A DNA stretch of 64,000 nucleotides from Leucoraja erinacea (GCF_028641065.1 NC_073392.1:24180001-24244000), one strand, 5' to 3'. Numbered from the stretch's first letter, positions 38,335-52,779 are shown. A program made the numbers and translations. Notes: generated by a model from the letters alone, not told the origin.

Positions 38335-39689
38335 GTTTTGACAAGAGCATCGATTTAAATCAAACACTGAACGCGAGGTCGTCACCTCGCCAGCGGATCC
38401 ATCTACACGCCAGCGAGTCAACGTTCAGCGATTCAGAGCTGGAGTCTGACGTTACAATAAATATTATTTACGCAGTTTTTGATTTAAGAATCCCAATTGG
38501 ACCTGGAACTGTAGCGGATGTCAATGTTAACTCGAAGGAAGGGATGTTTCTGCGCGAGTTTCCTCCACATCCCGTGCTGGTCCCTGTGAGAGACCCAGAG
38601 GAAGTGAGTGGCAGAATCTGAGAACATCATTTGTTAATGAGGACAATGTATTCATAATAAAGTTTTATTAATGAAGATAATATTTATAAACGCCACTTTT
38701 TTTCCTAAGCTGTCTCATAACCCGATAGTTTCAATCATTCGCCAGTGGCTTTTAACCAGAAACAGAACGTGAAGAGAACTCACTCAGCCGGTCCGACAGC
38801 ATTTGTTGGGGGCAGGTTTTATAATGTAATTCATCCAGTTCATCACACAGACCAGACTTCCCCCGATTGTAGAATCCATCAACACTTCATGCTGCCTCAG
38901 GAAAGCAGCCACATAATAAATGACCTGATTTATTGTGGCCTTTTCTCGCCTCCAGTTTATAGGGTGATTTCACCAAAGGTCAAATGAGCGTAGATCCCCC
39001 CTCACGTGACCGAAAATTTTAACTGGAGGACATCTCTCAGTTTGGTACATGTAAGTGAATGGGGAAACACGCACTTTCCCACCCGTTAAAAACATGGAAA
39101 ACGGCCGATTTTTGAGCTGAAATTTTCTGTGCTAGTCGGGGTGACCGTGAAGCACAGCGACCTAAATTTTCAGGCAAAAAAAAAGATAGAAAGTGAGGTA
39201 ATTACAAGAGGGAACTGAAGGTAGAAAGCGGCGGAAGTGAACAGCTGACAATTGCCGTGGTGATTTTAAGATCCAAAATATATCGGGAATTATCGCGTTT
39301 GCTCGCTGAATTTCATCAAAAGTAAGGCATTATTAACTTTCAGAGATGCTGCCAGACCCGCTGTGTCTGTCTTCATAATCAACGACCACTCACACCGCGG
39401 TCATTCCCTCCTCTCCCCTCTCCTGTCTGGCAGAAGGTGCAGAAGATTAAAAGCTTGCACCGCCAGATTCAGGAACGCCTTTTCTCTGGGGGCTGTGGGG
39501 GGAGTATGAAACCGCCAGGTCAGGGCGGCGCTGCAGCGGGCGGGTGGAGCCGCCAGGCCGGGTGTGGCGCTGTGGGGGATGTGTGGAACCGCCAGGGGAG
39601 TGTGAAGCTGCAGCGGGCGGTGGAGCCGCTAGACCGGGGGCGGCGCTGCAGCGGGCGGGTGGAGTAGGGGTGTGTGGAGCCGCCAGGCC

Positions 39690-39995
39690 CAAACACTGCT
39701 TGTGAGCCATTTAAAAAGAAATGATTTAAAAAACATTAAAAAAGACAATTACCAGAGTCAAATTTTATTCTTGACAAGAAGTATGAACTGACAGAATTAT
39801 GAATCTAACCCTATATCACACACACAAACTGTTGCCCCGCAACATTGATTACATTGCTGTCGGGTCGGGTCAGGTAGGCTCCGGTTACTAAAATGGGCGG
39901 GGGAAAAATGCCCAGGATTCCCTCCGTAGCGTACTACACGTCGGCGCATTGTATTCCGCAGGAGTAGCCCATCTTGCTCTGCTCTAAGATCTTTG
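39690..39995. mobile_element. Internally deleted member of the same CAAAGAT family
   Basis: TSD gccaggcc at 39682-39689 and 39996-40003; right end ggagtagcccatcttgctctgctctaagatctttg and subterminal gtactacacg resemble 20300-20365. Confidence 0.65.
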
Positions 39996-40410
39996 GCCAG
40001 GCCGGGGGCGGCGCTGCAGCGGGCGGGTGGAGCCGCCAGGCCGGGGGCGGCGCTGCAGCGGGCGGGTGGAGCCGCCAGGCCGGGGGCGGCGCTGCAGCGG
40101 GCGGGTGGAGCCGCCAGGCCGGGGGCGGCGCTGTAGCGGGCGGGTGGGCCGGAGGCCGGGGGCCAGGCGCGGGCGGGTGGAGCCGCCAGGCCGGGGGCGG
40201 CGCTGCAGCGGGCGGGTGGAGCCGCCAGGCCGGGGGCGGCGCTGCAGCGGGCGGGTGGAGCCGCCAGGCCGGGGGCGGCGCTGTAGCGGGCGGGTGGAGC
40301 CGCCAGGCCGGGGGCGGCGCTGCAGCGGGCGGGTGGAGCCGCCAGGCCGGGGGCGGCGCTAGCGGGCGGGTGGAGCCGCCAGGCCGGGGGCGGCGCTGTA
40401 GCGGTGGAGC
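39996..40410 (+). repeat. 39-bp GC-rich minisatellite just upstream of UQCRC1
   Basis: About 10 copies of gccaggccgggggcggcgctgcagcgggcgggtggagcc; further degenerate copies at 39510-39689. Confidence 0.9.
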
Positions 40411-40432
40411 CAGACCGGGCGGGTGAGGGAAG

Positions 40433-43400
40433 ATGGCGGCCGTGTACCGGGCGGGGGCGGCGCTGTTCAGGGCCGGCCGGGTGAGTGCGGGTACACGGGG
40501 GCTGGCGTTCGGTGGACCGGTCTCCGGGCCGCGGGGCAGCCCCGACTAGGGCGGACGGTAACGCGGGGGAATTCGGGCGGGAACCGGGTCAGCGGCTGCG
40601 GCCGGACACGGGAAGGTCAAACCGGCTGCGGGCGTTTAGTTGTCACCTACAATATTCTGCTGGACTGATGTAAGGAAAGAAATTCACTGTACGTTTGTAC
40701 TTTGCACATGTGACAATGAAAAGCATTAAAAAGATCAATTAATAACAGTGATACTAGGTGACCACAATGGCGCAAATCCGAAATCCGTAGTGTAATCAAA
40801 GACCAGTCCACCGAAGATCACAGTAGCTGAGGTTAGTGTTGTGCGGTGTTCAAGAGCCTGATGGGTTGTTCTCGAACCAGGAGGTCACGGTTTTCAGGCT
40901 CCTGTACCTTCTTCCCGATGGTAGCAGCGAGATGAGAGCGTGGCCAGGGTGGTGCGGGTCTGCGATGATGCCGGCTGCCTATTTGTGGAAGCGCCTCCTG
41001 TAGATCCCTTCGATGGTGGGAAAGTCAGTGCCTGTGATGGACCGGCCAGTGTCCACCATAAAGGTTTGTATCTGGCTGCACAATTTCACCCAATCCTTGA
41101 GCTGCGGGCTGGATGTGTGTTTACCAAACAGCGGGGAAACAGGCCCTCTCTCCGAACTCGTCCATACTAGTTCCATTGCCCTGCATTTGCCCCATAACCT
41201 GCTAAATCTTTTCTAATAATGTCCAAGCGTCCCACATATGTTGTCATTGGATTCCGTGCGTGGCCTGGTGTTACTGAACTCATTGCCATGTCTCTCATTC
41301 GTTTAGCCAGCTCTGCTGGGAGCTCACCGTGTACAGAGCACCCTCTCCTACGCTCAGACCATCGAGAATGTTCCAGAAACCAAGCTGACAACACTGGAAA
41401 ATGGGCTGCGTATTGCCACAGAGGAGTCTGACCAGCCCACCTGCACGGTGAGTGCTGCTGTTCCACCGCACGTGAGACACGGGCATCGGGGCCTGTGTAT
41501 TCCCCATCTCCCTCCCCCTCATTCCCCATATCCCTCCCCCTCACCCCCATGGAGTCCCCTTTTCCACTGCCCCTTCCCCCACTCACACTCTGCTCTCCCT
41601 GCCTTTCAGGTTGGTGTGTGGCTTGAGGTTGGGAGCCGTTACGAAACAGAGAACAATAACGGTGTTGGAAACTTCCTGGAGCACATGGTTCTGAAGGTAT
41701 GTGTTGCGGATGTCGTACCGCCTTGTGGGAAGCAAGTTTTTGAAGGATGAGGAGGGGACCTCTTTGAAACTTACCTAATAATGAAAAGCTGGGATCGAGT
41801 GGATGTGTAGAGGATGTTTCCACTAGTGGGAGAGTCCATGACCGGAGTTTATAGTCTCAGAATAAAAGGGCTTAGGAAGGATATAAAGAGGAAATTATTT
41901 AGTGAGAGAGTGGTGAATTTATTTAGTGAGAGGGTGGTGAGTGTGGCGAATTCATTGCCGCAGAAGGCTGTGAAGGCCAAGACAATGGATATTTTTAAGG
42001 AAGAGATTGATAGATTCTTGATTAGTACGGATATCAGGGGTTAAGGGCAGAAGGCAGGAGCATGGGGTTGAGAGGTAGTTCAGCCATGATTGAATGGTGG
42101 AATAGACTTGATGGGCCAAATAGCCTAATTCTGCTCTTATCACTTATGAAAGCCCACTGAGCAACGTTCGCCAAGGACAATCCTCCGGCATGATGGCAGG
42201 CTCACGCAAGTCATTGTTGCCCACTGCTGAGTGCAGTGATGGTAGGTGGCACTGGCAGGATATCAAGCCACATTCCCTCACTGCAAACTGGGATCCCCAG
42301 GATTGTCAGCTCCAGACTGGTTTTGGCTGGGTGCTGAGACTGAATGCAGTGGCTGGAGGCAGACCTCGGGCAGGGGAGGATGCATGGGCTTGGGACTCGG
42401 CCAGGCCATCCCATGGAATTGTTGGAGGGTTAGGATTAGTCCTCAGTGCCCTCCATCCACTCTACCGTCTCCAGTCATCACCCCTCCCCTCCTCCCCCCA
42501 ACTGCTCATCGGTGACAGTTCACCTGTCAGGGATCTCCTCTGCGCTGTCCACCTCCGTGTAGACCTGGGGCAACAAGGGCCAGGCAACGTCGCGTCACAA
42601 ACATGGCCACAATCACCACCCCCCTGTCCGCAGAGAGGAATCTCCTGCTGATGGTCGGCAATATTCCGTTCACTGAGACTCCACAGTCAGCGTTCTGCAA
42701 CTCACTACTAATCAGAAACCAAACTGGAAGCACCCACAGATATGGTCAGCAGCTGGGCATCCTGCATTTCTTCCATCGAACGTGTCCAAAGACAGGCAGC
42801 TCGATTTGTTATTAACACCTATGAGAGAGAGAAGCGAGTATCACCAAACTTCTGAATTCTCTGGAACCCTCTCCAAGACAGACGTGAAGCTCACCGTTTG
42901 ACCTGTTTTTACAAAATGTTAAATGGTCAGCTCGACATAGACTACAAGACCTACACCAAACCCAAACCAATTAGGAGCAGACGAGGGCATTCGATCCAAT
43001 TTGTGACCCCAGCTACTAATACAGCAATTTGTTCTTCCCCCGCACAATTAAAGCATGGAATAATCTCCACCCAACTATAGTTACCCAACCAGATGCAACT
43101 AAATTTAAAGTAGCTCTTTCTTCCCAATAACCCTTTCTGGCTTATTAACCCTTCACCATCTCCAGTTTAAATTCCATTTGGAATATTTTGGAGGACCAAG
43201 AAACCAAGAACTAAGGTACTGGCTCCAGATTCCAGCGTCTGCAGTTGCTCGTGTCTCCATTTCACTACGGTTACTTGTCCAGTCGACTCCAGCAGCACCT
43301 CCTCAGCCTGTGATCACTGCCCTGAGTAAGACAAGGACACCCCATGTATTGGAACCTGCTGCCTCCAATCTAGGGAGTGGAGTTTGCAGATTGAGGGGAT

Positions 43401-46400
43401 TGTGTTGGAGTAACCTCCGGCCATTTTGTAGCTGGTGCACACTGCAGCCACCGTGTGCTGGTGAATGTTGTTCCTGCTTTGCCCCAGATAAAGCGTTGCA
43501 TCTCTGTGACATTGTTGCAGCTGGACTCACCCTGGCAAGGGGAGAGTGTCCCTCACAGTCCTGACCTGAGCTACAGGTGGTGGAATGGCATCAGTGAATC
43601 AAGGATGTGTCAAGTATGTGAAAGCCGTGATACTCCAACACTAAGTGTGAACTGTTTGAGTGGGCGTTGCTGAACACAGAGGGTTGGTGTCAGGATGGAC
43701 AATGGAGACAGCAGAAACCATGCCAGGGATAGTGTTAGAACAAAGCCTGGGGCTCCTGAGTAACCGTCTGGAAACGCTGTCTGTTGTTGGTGTTCTCAGG
43801 GAACCAAGCGCCACCCGCACCTGGCCCTGGAGCGGGAGATTGCAAGCCGGGGGGCACACCTCAACGCCTACACCTCCCGTGAGCAGACTGCCTACTACAT
43901 GAAGACCCTGGCCAAGGACATGCCTACAGGTGCGGACACCCCCCTGCCTCAGTTAACATGTTTGCACGTTTAAACATGTCTGTATTTGGGTTTATGCCGT
44001 GCATGTATAGCAGTGTGAACAGTTTCTGTAAGATCTCACTGAAGCCACGCTGTGTCACTGCACACCATGTCCGTCGGTCCTACGCTCCCTTCACTCGTAT
44101 TTGCAACCGGGTTCTGCCTGGGACGTCTGGAAATGTTTGAACAATCACAAAATGATGAGAAGACAGAGAGTGCTGGAGCAATTTAGCAGGCCTGGCAGCA
44201 TTTCTGGATAACATGGATAGGTAACATTTCGGGTCGGGACCCTTCTTCAGACCTGAAGTGTCACCTATCCATGTTGTCCAAAGATGCTGTCTGATATGTT
44301 GAGTTACTCCAGCACTCCCTTCATTTGTAAACCCACATCTTCAGTTCCTTGTGCTGGTCTCCTGAGCAGTCCAATCCCATTGGTTGGGCTTGTCCTCATG
44401 GTTCAGCAGATGGGCCAAGGTTACTGATTACTGCAGTGAATGAGGGGCAGGGGCAGAATCAGTGCCAGGAGGCTGGCTGGCTGACCTGACCACACGGCTT
44501 GTTACATCCTTTGGTAAGTTAGCTCATCTGTTCGTCCTGGCATCGGTTAAACTAGTTGGACAGCTGATCTAACCAGTCAAACTACTAATCTTTGCCTGTA
44601 ATAATGCTTGCTAATTTCTAGGTACTGTCTCTGTTAAACTGGTAGCAACCTGATATTGCAGATGTTAAATTGACTATAGTCATTGTTGATCTTGTTACAG
44701 CCTGGTTACCATTGGTGTTACCTGGCTGCATGCTGTAGATTACTGCTGATCGCTGCTGGTCACTGTGCTGTAGGTCACTACTGGTCACTGCTGGTTACTT
44801 CTGGTAACCATCGTTGCTGATTACTGTCACTGGGTTATTGCTGGTTACTTGTTTACTGCGGGTTACTGGTGGTTGCAGGAGTAGTGACTGCTGCCTTGCC
44901 TGTCCTTCCCACAGCTGTGGAGCTCCTCAGTGAGCTGGTGCAGAACAGCTCGTTCTCGGAGGCTGACGTGGAGTCCGGCCGGCAGCTGGTGCTGCAAGAG
45001 ATGCAGGAGATGGAGAGCAGCCTGGAGGACGTGTCGTTCGATTACCTCCACGCCACCGCCTTCCAGGGAACCCCCCTCAGCTACACCGTGGTGGGACCCT
45101 CCAAGAACATCAAGTAAGCATCTGACCTTGTGTGACCTCTAGTCCCAGAGGGTCACAGCCACGTGCAGTAATTTCACAAAGCGGCAGTCGATTTGCCAAC
45201 GGCAGGGAGACTGGACGACTTGTGGCAAATGGATCTAGAGTAGATGGGCATTAGGGTCAGCATGGAGCAGGTGGGCTGAAGGGCCTGTTTCTGTGCTGTA
45301 GGATTCGGTGACTGAACAAACTGTGAATGGTGATGGTGACTGTATGTGAAAGAACCATTTGGGTGTAAAATAAATTATTATTCCATTTACTCTAGCTTCA
45401 GCCCATAAGAAGTGCGTATGGGCATTTATCAATGTCTTGTCTTCACTGTGCAGGATGTTGACTGCGTTAAAAGCTTGCCTTAAACATACCACTAACACAA
45501 GCATCCTTCTCCCCTGTCCAGGGATCTGAAGCGCAGCGATCTCCTGGAGTTTATGACTGGTCACTTCAAGGGTCCCCGAATCGTGCTGGCAGCCTCAGGA
45601 GGTGAGGATGTCATTCTGGTCCCAGGCATGGGGCTCGGGCGGTTCTGTGCACATCTGGATAAGGTGCTGAGGTTGAGGAGAGATTGCGGAGACTCAGCAG
45701 TGATGCAGGGATCAGCAGCTTCTGTTGTATGGGGCTGGAGCAGAGAGGGTTGGGGGAGGTGGGATTGTAGGGGTTGTTATCTGTGAGGGGTTCCGGTGAC
45801 TTGAGATCCTGATTCCAGTGGGTGAGGGTCAGCGATAGGGAACACATCTTGTATAATGTTGGTCAAAGGAACCCGACTCGCTGTCTTGTTCCAGCACCAA
45901 AAGTGATCCTGGACCTAGGAAAGGTCTATCAAACTGGCCCCAATCCACAGCTCTGCAAACCGCTTCCTGTCGAGTTCCCAGCTGCCGTTGCCACAGGCTC
46001 CTGGAGCCCACTCCAGGCCCCACCACTAAAAGTAAAACTGTTCCTGCCACTGCGAGCTCCTGTTCAAACTGGAATTGAATTGATTTGAAAGATACTGCAT
46101 GGAAACGGGCCCTTTGGCCCGCCGAGTCCACGCCAACCATCCATCACCCATTCACTCCAGTTCTAGTCTGAAGAAGGGTTTTGGCCTGAAACGTTGCCTA
46201 TTTCCTTCGCTCCATAGATGCTGCTGCATCCGCCGAGTTTCTCCAGCATTTTTGTGTACACTCTAGGTCTATGTTATCCCACTTTCTCATCCACTCCCTA
46301 CACACTAGGGGCTATTTATAGAGAGCTAATTAACCTACAAACCCGCACGTCTTTGGGATGGGGCAGTGGAGGGGGGGGATGTGGAGGGGGGTGATGTGGG

Positions 46401-49400
46401 TGGGGCAGTGGAGGGGGGTGATGTGGGTGGAGCAGTGGAGGGGGGTGATGTGGGTGGGGCAGTGGAGGGGGGTGATGTGGGTGGAGCAGTGGAGGGGGGT
46501 GATGTGGAGGGGGGGAGTGATGGCCGTACCTCGCGTGGAGTCAATAACGGTGACGCTTCCTCTCGACAGGCGTCCGGCACGAAGATGTGGTGGCTCTGGC
46601 TCGCCAGCATTTGTCAGGGATTCCCAGCACCTACGAGGACGATGCGATCCCTGTCCTGTCCCCCTGCCGCTTCACAGGCAGCCAGGTGAGTAACGGCCAC
46701 CAGCCGGCACCCAAACTAGCTGTCCTGTAGCTTGTGGTCAGATCTCCATCCCTGCTCCTCCACTGAATCGGTCAGCCATGATCAGCCCAGGAATTCCTGC
46801 ACGAACAAACACCAGATGCTGCGGGGAGCCCTGAAAGTTGTCTATAAAATTATGAGAGGGTAGGCTGTCAGAACCTTTCTCCCAAGATGGAAAAATGAAG
46901 GGTCTCAACCCGAAACGTCATCCATTCCTTCTCTCCAGAGATGCTGCCTGTCCCGCTGATGTTACTCCAGCTTTTTGTGTCTATCTTTGGAAAAATCAAA
47001 AATATTCAATTTCTCCCGTCACCTGACCTCTGGGAAAGACTTCATTCTCAATCCTCTGGGACAGGCTCCTGTTCCGACTGGCGAGTGGGTGAGGTTTCAG
47101 AGGTCACAGACAGAGTGGAAAGGGAAAGTAGGTACTGACAAGGAACTCCCCGGGAAGGACTAGGATGGGAATGATGGCTTGAATGGCCTGCTGTGCTGTA
47201 TGTTCCTACGATATTGGCACAAAGGGCAGCACTGATGAGCCAGGATGACTGAGGTGGGAGAGTGGGCATGTGGGGTAGGACCTCCTGACACTGGGGATGT
47301 TTGGGTGGGTTGAGATGGACCCGCTGTGCGGCTGCCGCGTGGACCAGCAGCAGCTCTGCAGGTCAACGATGCCGACACTTCACCTAAACTACCCAGCGTC
47401 TACAGGTGTACTACTGGGAGCACACTGACTGGTTGCATCATGGCCTGGGTCAGCAACTCGATTGTCCAGGAACGAAGGAGACTACAGAGAGTGGTGGACA
47501 CTGCCCGATCGATCACAGGTACTGACCTCCCCACCATCGAAGGGATCTACAGCACTGCCTTAAAAAGGGAGCCAGCATAATCATAGACCCACACCACTTG
47601 GGCCACACTCTCATCTCGCTGGTACCATCACGATGAAGGTACAGGAGCCTGAAAACCATGACCTCCAGGTTCAAGAGCAGCTTGTTCCCAGCAACCATCA
47701 GACTCTTGAACGCTGCACAACACTAACCTCAGCAACTGTGATCTTGTATGGACTGTGTCTTTGGTTGCACTACGGACTTTTCCACTATTATGGTTACCTA
47801 GTATTACGGCTATTAATTTATTGTATTATTGATTTTTATGTATTTATCTGTGTGTTATTTTGTTTGTTGGTCTGTTAAGCTGCAGTGAGTAATCTCATTG
47901 TTCAGTTGTTGTTACAGATGACAATGAAACACTGCTGCCTCTGCTTTGGTGTTTCAGATGCTGGTGCGGGACGATGCCATGCCGTTCGCACACATTGCGA
48001 TTGCGGTAGAGGGGGTGGGAGCCAACAACCCTGACATGATCCCACTCTCCATCGCCACCTCGCTGATTGGAAGCTGGGACCGCACGTACGGGGGTGGTGC
48101 GGTGAGTCTCTATCCTTCCCCCCTCGCCATTCTCTCTCTTCCTCTCCACCTCTATCCCCACTCACCTTCCCTCTATCTCCATCTCTATCNNNNNNNNNNN
48201 NNNNNNNNNNNNNNNNNNNNNNNNNNNNNNNNNNNNNNNNNNNNNNNNNNNNNNNNNNNNNNNNNNNNNNNNNNNNNNNNNNNNNNNNNNNNNNNNNNNN
48301 NNNNNNNNNNNNNNNNNNNNNNNNNNNNNNNNNNNNNNNNNNNNNNNNNNNNNNNGTCTCTCCCCATAGATGCTGTCTGACCTGCTGAGTGTTTCCCACA
48401 TTCTCTGTTTTTAATCACAGATTTCCAGATCTGGGATGTTTGCCTTTGGGTTGGTATCCTAATGTGACAGTGTTGTGTGTTGATTAATAATGGCAGATTC
48501 TTGGAACATGTTGTTGCTTATGGTATTAAAGACTTCATAAAGGTTATGCTGGAATTGGGGACAGTTTGCACATATGGATTTTCACAACTAGGTCATGATG
48601 GATGCATTTAATTTGTTTAATGTGGGAAGTCGGGGTTAGGCTAATAATGAGTGTCATCCCTATTTGTCCTTGAGAAGGGCAGATAAGACACCTTGAACCA
48701 CTGCAGTCCTTCTGGTGAAGTCCCAGGATTTAGGATTAGTGATAGATTTATAAATCAGTGTGGGGTGATCTGTGGGTGGTGGCCTTGATGGTAGAAGTTG
48801 TGAGTTTGCCAAGTACTTTCAGATTAATTGCTGCCCCTGCCCTGGGAGTGTGTGATGGGACAGTGCGGATGGAGCTTCATTGTGTGTCTGACCCTGGGAG
48901 TGTATGATGGGACGGTGTAGTGGAGGTTATTGACACATTTCTCCCTGCTGCGCAGAATCACTCGAGTCGATTGGCCCGTATTGCGGTTGAGAATAAGCTG
49001 GGTCACAGTTTCCGCTCGTTCAATACCTGCTACTCAGACACGGGTCTGTGGGGAATCCATCTGGTGTGTGATGGAATGAACATTGAGGACATGCTGCACT
49101 TTGCCCAGGATGAGTGGTGAGTGCCTGCTGAATCATAGCTCCCGAGATCGGTGAGCGATAGATGATGGGAGAACTGGAGTTGGGGTCTTCAGGTGGGCTT
49201 TGAATCCTCGGGAGGGGCGTTGGGGGGGGGGGGGGGTGGGAAGAAGGGATGGGGGAGCGGGGGCAGTGGTGGGGTGGGCAATATTGGAGTGTCCGTGGCA
49301 CAGCATGGGGGGAGAGTGGGCTTCAAGGGCCGTGCAGCCGCTCCTGCCTCGGTCCCTGGCCTGCTGGGGTCCCTGTCTTGCTGGAGCTCAATGCCTAATA

Positions 49401-50843
49401 CAGTTCCAGACTTGTTAAAGTTCCAAGCCTGCGGGGGCTGCCGGCCTGCTTGGGTTGCCAGTCTGTTGGAGACCCCGGCCTGCTGGGATTAGCGACTTGC
49501 TGGGTTGCCAGTCTGCTGGCGTTAGCGCCTGCCTTTTCTGTCTGCACAGGATGCGTCTCTGCACGAGTGTGACCGACAGCGAGGTGAACAGGGCCAAGAA
49601 CCTCCTCAAGACCCATCTGGTGGCTCAGCTGGACGGTGAGGAGAGGGAGTGTAGAAAGAACGCCGAGATTCCCCCCCAGTCCGCCTTTTTCTCCCACCTA
49701 CCAGCCTGGGATGCGCTCCGTCCGTCCGCATTTGCTCCGTCTCCCAACTGCCTTCCTCACCGCTCAAGGCCATCCTGTTCCCGCAGGGTGAAAGCACCAT
49801 TTCCACCATCCCACACTGCTCCCACTGTCCCCACCATCGAACGACTGCCCCTGTCCCTGATGCCCCTTGACACAATGGGCCTGTTGTTGCTTCCTCTGTA
49901 CACAGCTGCCCCTGTCACTGTGCTCCCCCTGTACAGCTGCCCTGTCCCTGCGCTCCCTCTACACAACTATACACAGCTGTCCCGTCCCTGTGCTCCCTCT
50001 GTATACAATTGTACACAGCTGCCTTTCTCCGCAGGGACCACACCAACGTGTGCGGAGATCGGGCAACAAGTGCTCAGTCACGGCCGACATGTCTCGCTGG
50101 CAGAGTGGAACTCCAGGATCGATGTAAGTATTTGTCATTTTTCAAATCCCAGAGCATCGTTTCCCTGGTGCTAAAACTTGCCCGAGGGTCCTGTCCACCA
50201 ATGGGGGACAGTTTGTGAGCCCGTGGACGGTGTCTGTATGTCCTGCTCCTCTCTGCCCGTTTCTCCTCTCACCCCCAGATTCTGCCTCCTATCCCAGTTT
50301 CTCCTCCTCAACCTCGGTTTCTCTCCCCCTCATGCCCAGTCTCTCTCACCCTCACCCCTGGTCTCTCGCTGCTGGTCTCTCACCCCCAGTTCTCTCCCCC
50401 CGCTGCAGGCTGTTGATGCGCAGGTCCTGCGGGAGGTGTGCACCCGCTACATCTACGACCAGTGTCCCGCTATCGGCGCCGTTGGTGAGTTCATGTTCCC
50501 ATCACTAATTCTCCCTGACCCTGCGCCCATCACTGACTGCTGGGCGTGGGGTCAGTGCATTGTCACCGTGATCAGGCGTGGGGTCAGTGTGGGCTCACCA
50601 TGGCTGAGCATGGGATCAGTGTGAGATTAATGTCCAGGTGTGGGGTCAGTTGCGGGATGTGTGGTCGGTGCCTGGTTGTGGGGAATAAAATGGCTGATGG
50701 TTGGCACGGATTAGATGGGCCAAACGGTGTCTCCCCATGCTGTATCACTGACATGCATCGATTGACTCTTCCCAACAGGCCCGATCGAACAACTGCCGGA
50801 CTACAACAGGATCAGAAGCGCCATGTACTGGCTGCGTCTGTGA
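40433..50843 (+). CDS. UQCRC1: Cytochrome b-c1 complex subunit 1 (core 1); exons 40433-40480, 41307-41447, 41610-41696, 43800-43929, 44915-45113, 45522-45601, 46570-46685, 47958-48101, 48956-49116, 49550-49635, 50035-50123, 50409-50484, 50779-50843 (473 aa)
   Basis: All 12 introns GT-AG and phase-compatible (1422 nt total); M16-peptidase motifs [20 protein letters not shown] (non-catalytic variant of HXXEH), [48 protein letters not shown]; YY1-like aagatggcggc at the ATG. Confidence 0.93.
42850..43211 (+). mobile_element. LINE 3' fragment (CR1/L2 group)
   Basis: [10 protein letters not shown]...RSRRGH...FFPRTI..WN.L-like C-terminus; accaagaa tandem tail. Confidence 0.55.
46360..46518 (+). 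repeat. 27-bp G-rich minisatellite in UQCRC1 intron 6
   Basis: gcagtggaggggggtgatgtgggtgg(g/a) repeated. Confidence 0.8.
48190..48355. other. Assembly gap in UQCRC1 intron 8
   Basis: N run next to a CT-rich repeat. Confidence 0.99.
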
Positions 50844-51537
50844 GCAGGGCGGGGGCGAAGACCCCCTCTCAGTCTGTCTCATTGTAACTGAACGGCGTGG
50901 AGCCCAGCTGTACAGAATGAATAATTAAAAGATAAATTAAACCAGACCACTGTCTGCGATAGTTTCTGCAGGGTGCGGAAAGCGTTGCTTCTCAGACGAC
51001 CAATGTACCTCTGAGTGAAGTCTCTGCGAAGGTCCCGCACGCTCCGTGTTTACCGACATGGAGCATCTTCGAGACCCACGGGCATGGGAATCCCAGCAGA
51101 CCAGGGACTTACTCGGTTACGACGACCAGAATGCAGCAGCATTTACTACGGAACAGAAACCGTGCCGTGTCTATCAGCAGGAGTCTGTGAACTCAAAGCG
51201 TCTGTGTTAGTGATCAATAGGCTCCCCTTCTCCCTGTGTGGGTAACGCCTCATCGCTCACAAGTTCTGATCTGGTCCGTGCAATTGAGGTTGATGCGGTG
51301 CAAGGTGTGCTTCCCGCTGGATGCACTGGGCAAATGTGATGTGGATCCTGCCTCTCCCACCCTTTCAGACTGAGCCCAGATGCTCCTGGGGTGAGGAAGG
51401 TTCTCCTCACTGGTCCTCCAATATTTCTACTGAAGAGGATTCATTAGGAGAGAATGAGCTAATCACGGACTGTTAGCATAGCTTTCTCTGTGGATGAAGT
51501 TCTATTGCCAGTGGAGGTTTGCCGGAATCTGTGCTGA

Positions 51538-52015
51538 GACATAGAAACATAGAAAATAGATGCAGGAGTAGGCCATTTGGCCCTTCGAGCCAGCACCGCC
51601 ATTCAAAATGATCATCCAAAATCAGTGCCGCTTTCCTGCTTTCTCCCCATATCCCTTGATTCCGTTAGGCCTAAGAGCTAAATCTAACTCTGTACAACAG
51701 CAGAAGGACCTCTTTACTCCTATACTCAACTATTCTTGTTATGAAGGCCAACATGCCACTCGCTTTCTTCACTGCCTGTTGTACCTGCATGCTTACTTTC
51801 AGTGACTGATGAACAAGGACCCCCAGATCCCATTGTACTTCCCCTTTTCCCAACTTGACACCAATAAGATAATAATCTGCCTTCCTGTTTTTGCCACCAA
51901 AGTGGATAACATCACATGTATCCACATTAAACTGCATCTGCCCACTCACCCAACCTGTCTAAGTCACCCTGCATCCTCATAGCATCCTCTTCACAGTTAC
52001 CCAGCTTTGTGTCAT
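51538..52015 (-). mobile_element. CR1 fragments
   Basis: catagaaa tail and MQFNVD.C.VIHFG motif. Confidence 0.7.
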
Positions 52016-52779
52016 TTAGGGTTGTCTATCAAGGGTTGAATGGAAATGCAGATGAGTTGGTTAGAATGTATTCAGATGACAAAAATAGCTGTGTGAACAG
52101 CTGTCACAATATACATAAAGATATTGATTGGATATGGATATGGGTGGAGATGTAGTTTATCCATGCAAGTGTGAGGTGTTGCACTTTGGGAGGTCAAATT
52201 TAAGGCCGAAGTGTAGATTTAATGGCAGCACACTTAACAGCATTGATGTGTACAGAGTGATCTTGGAGGTCCAAGTCCATAGCTCCAAGAAAATAGCAAC
52301 ACAAATAAGCTGTAACAAAGGCATATGGTACGCTTGCCTTCATTGGTTGGGGCATTGAGTATAAGAGTCAGGAAGTCAAGATGCAGCTCATAGGACTTTC
52401 TTTAGGCTGCATTGTGTGCAGATCTTGTCCCCCCATTAGGGGAAGGATGTGAGGGCTTTGGAGAGGTTACAAAAGAGGTTTACCAGAATGATGCCTGAAT
52501 TAAGGGGTATTAGCCATAAGGAGAGGTTGGCCAAATTTGGATTATTTCCTCTGGAGCATTGGAGGCTGAGGGGAGACCAGATATAAATTATTGTAATTGT
52601 GGTAGATATAATCTGCTCCAGGGACGAAACGTCAAACACTAGCTTTAAGGTGAGAGAAGCAAGTTTTTTTAAACAGGGTGGTAGAGTCCTGTAAGACGCT
52701 GCCAGGGGTGCTGTCAGAGACTGATACGATAGTGGTGTGTGTACAAGATCCTTTGGATAGGCGCATGGATATACAGCGA

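Noticed and set aside
38955-39340. Possible additional DNA-transposon end (agggtgatttcacc...)
   Set aside because: No matching second TIR or TSD found in the window
39974-40426. Gly/Ala-rich repeat proteins (AAAGGWSRQAGGG)n
   Set aside because: Translation of the 39-bp minisatellite; no coding evidence
41610-41696. PMPCB (mitochondrial processing peptidase beta) assignment
   Set aside because: The zinc motif reads NFLEH rather than HFLEH, and HYAL2/NDUFAF3 linkage fits UQCRC1
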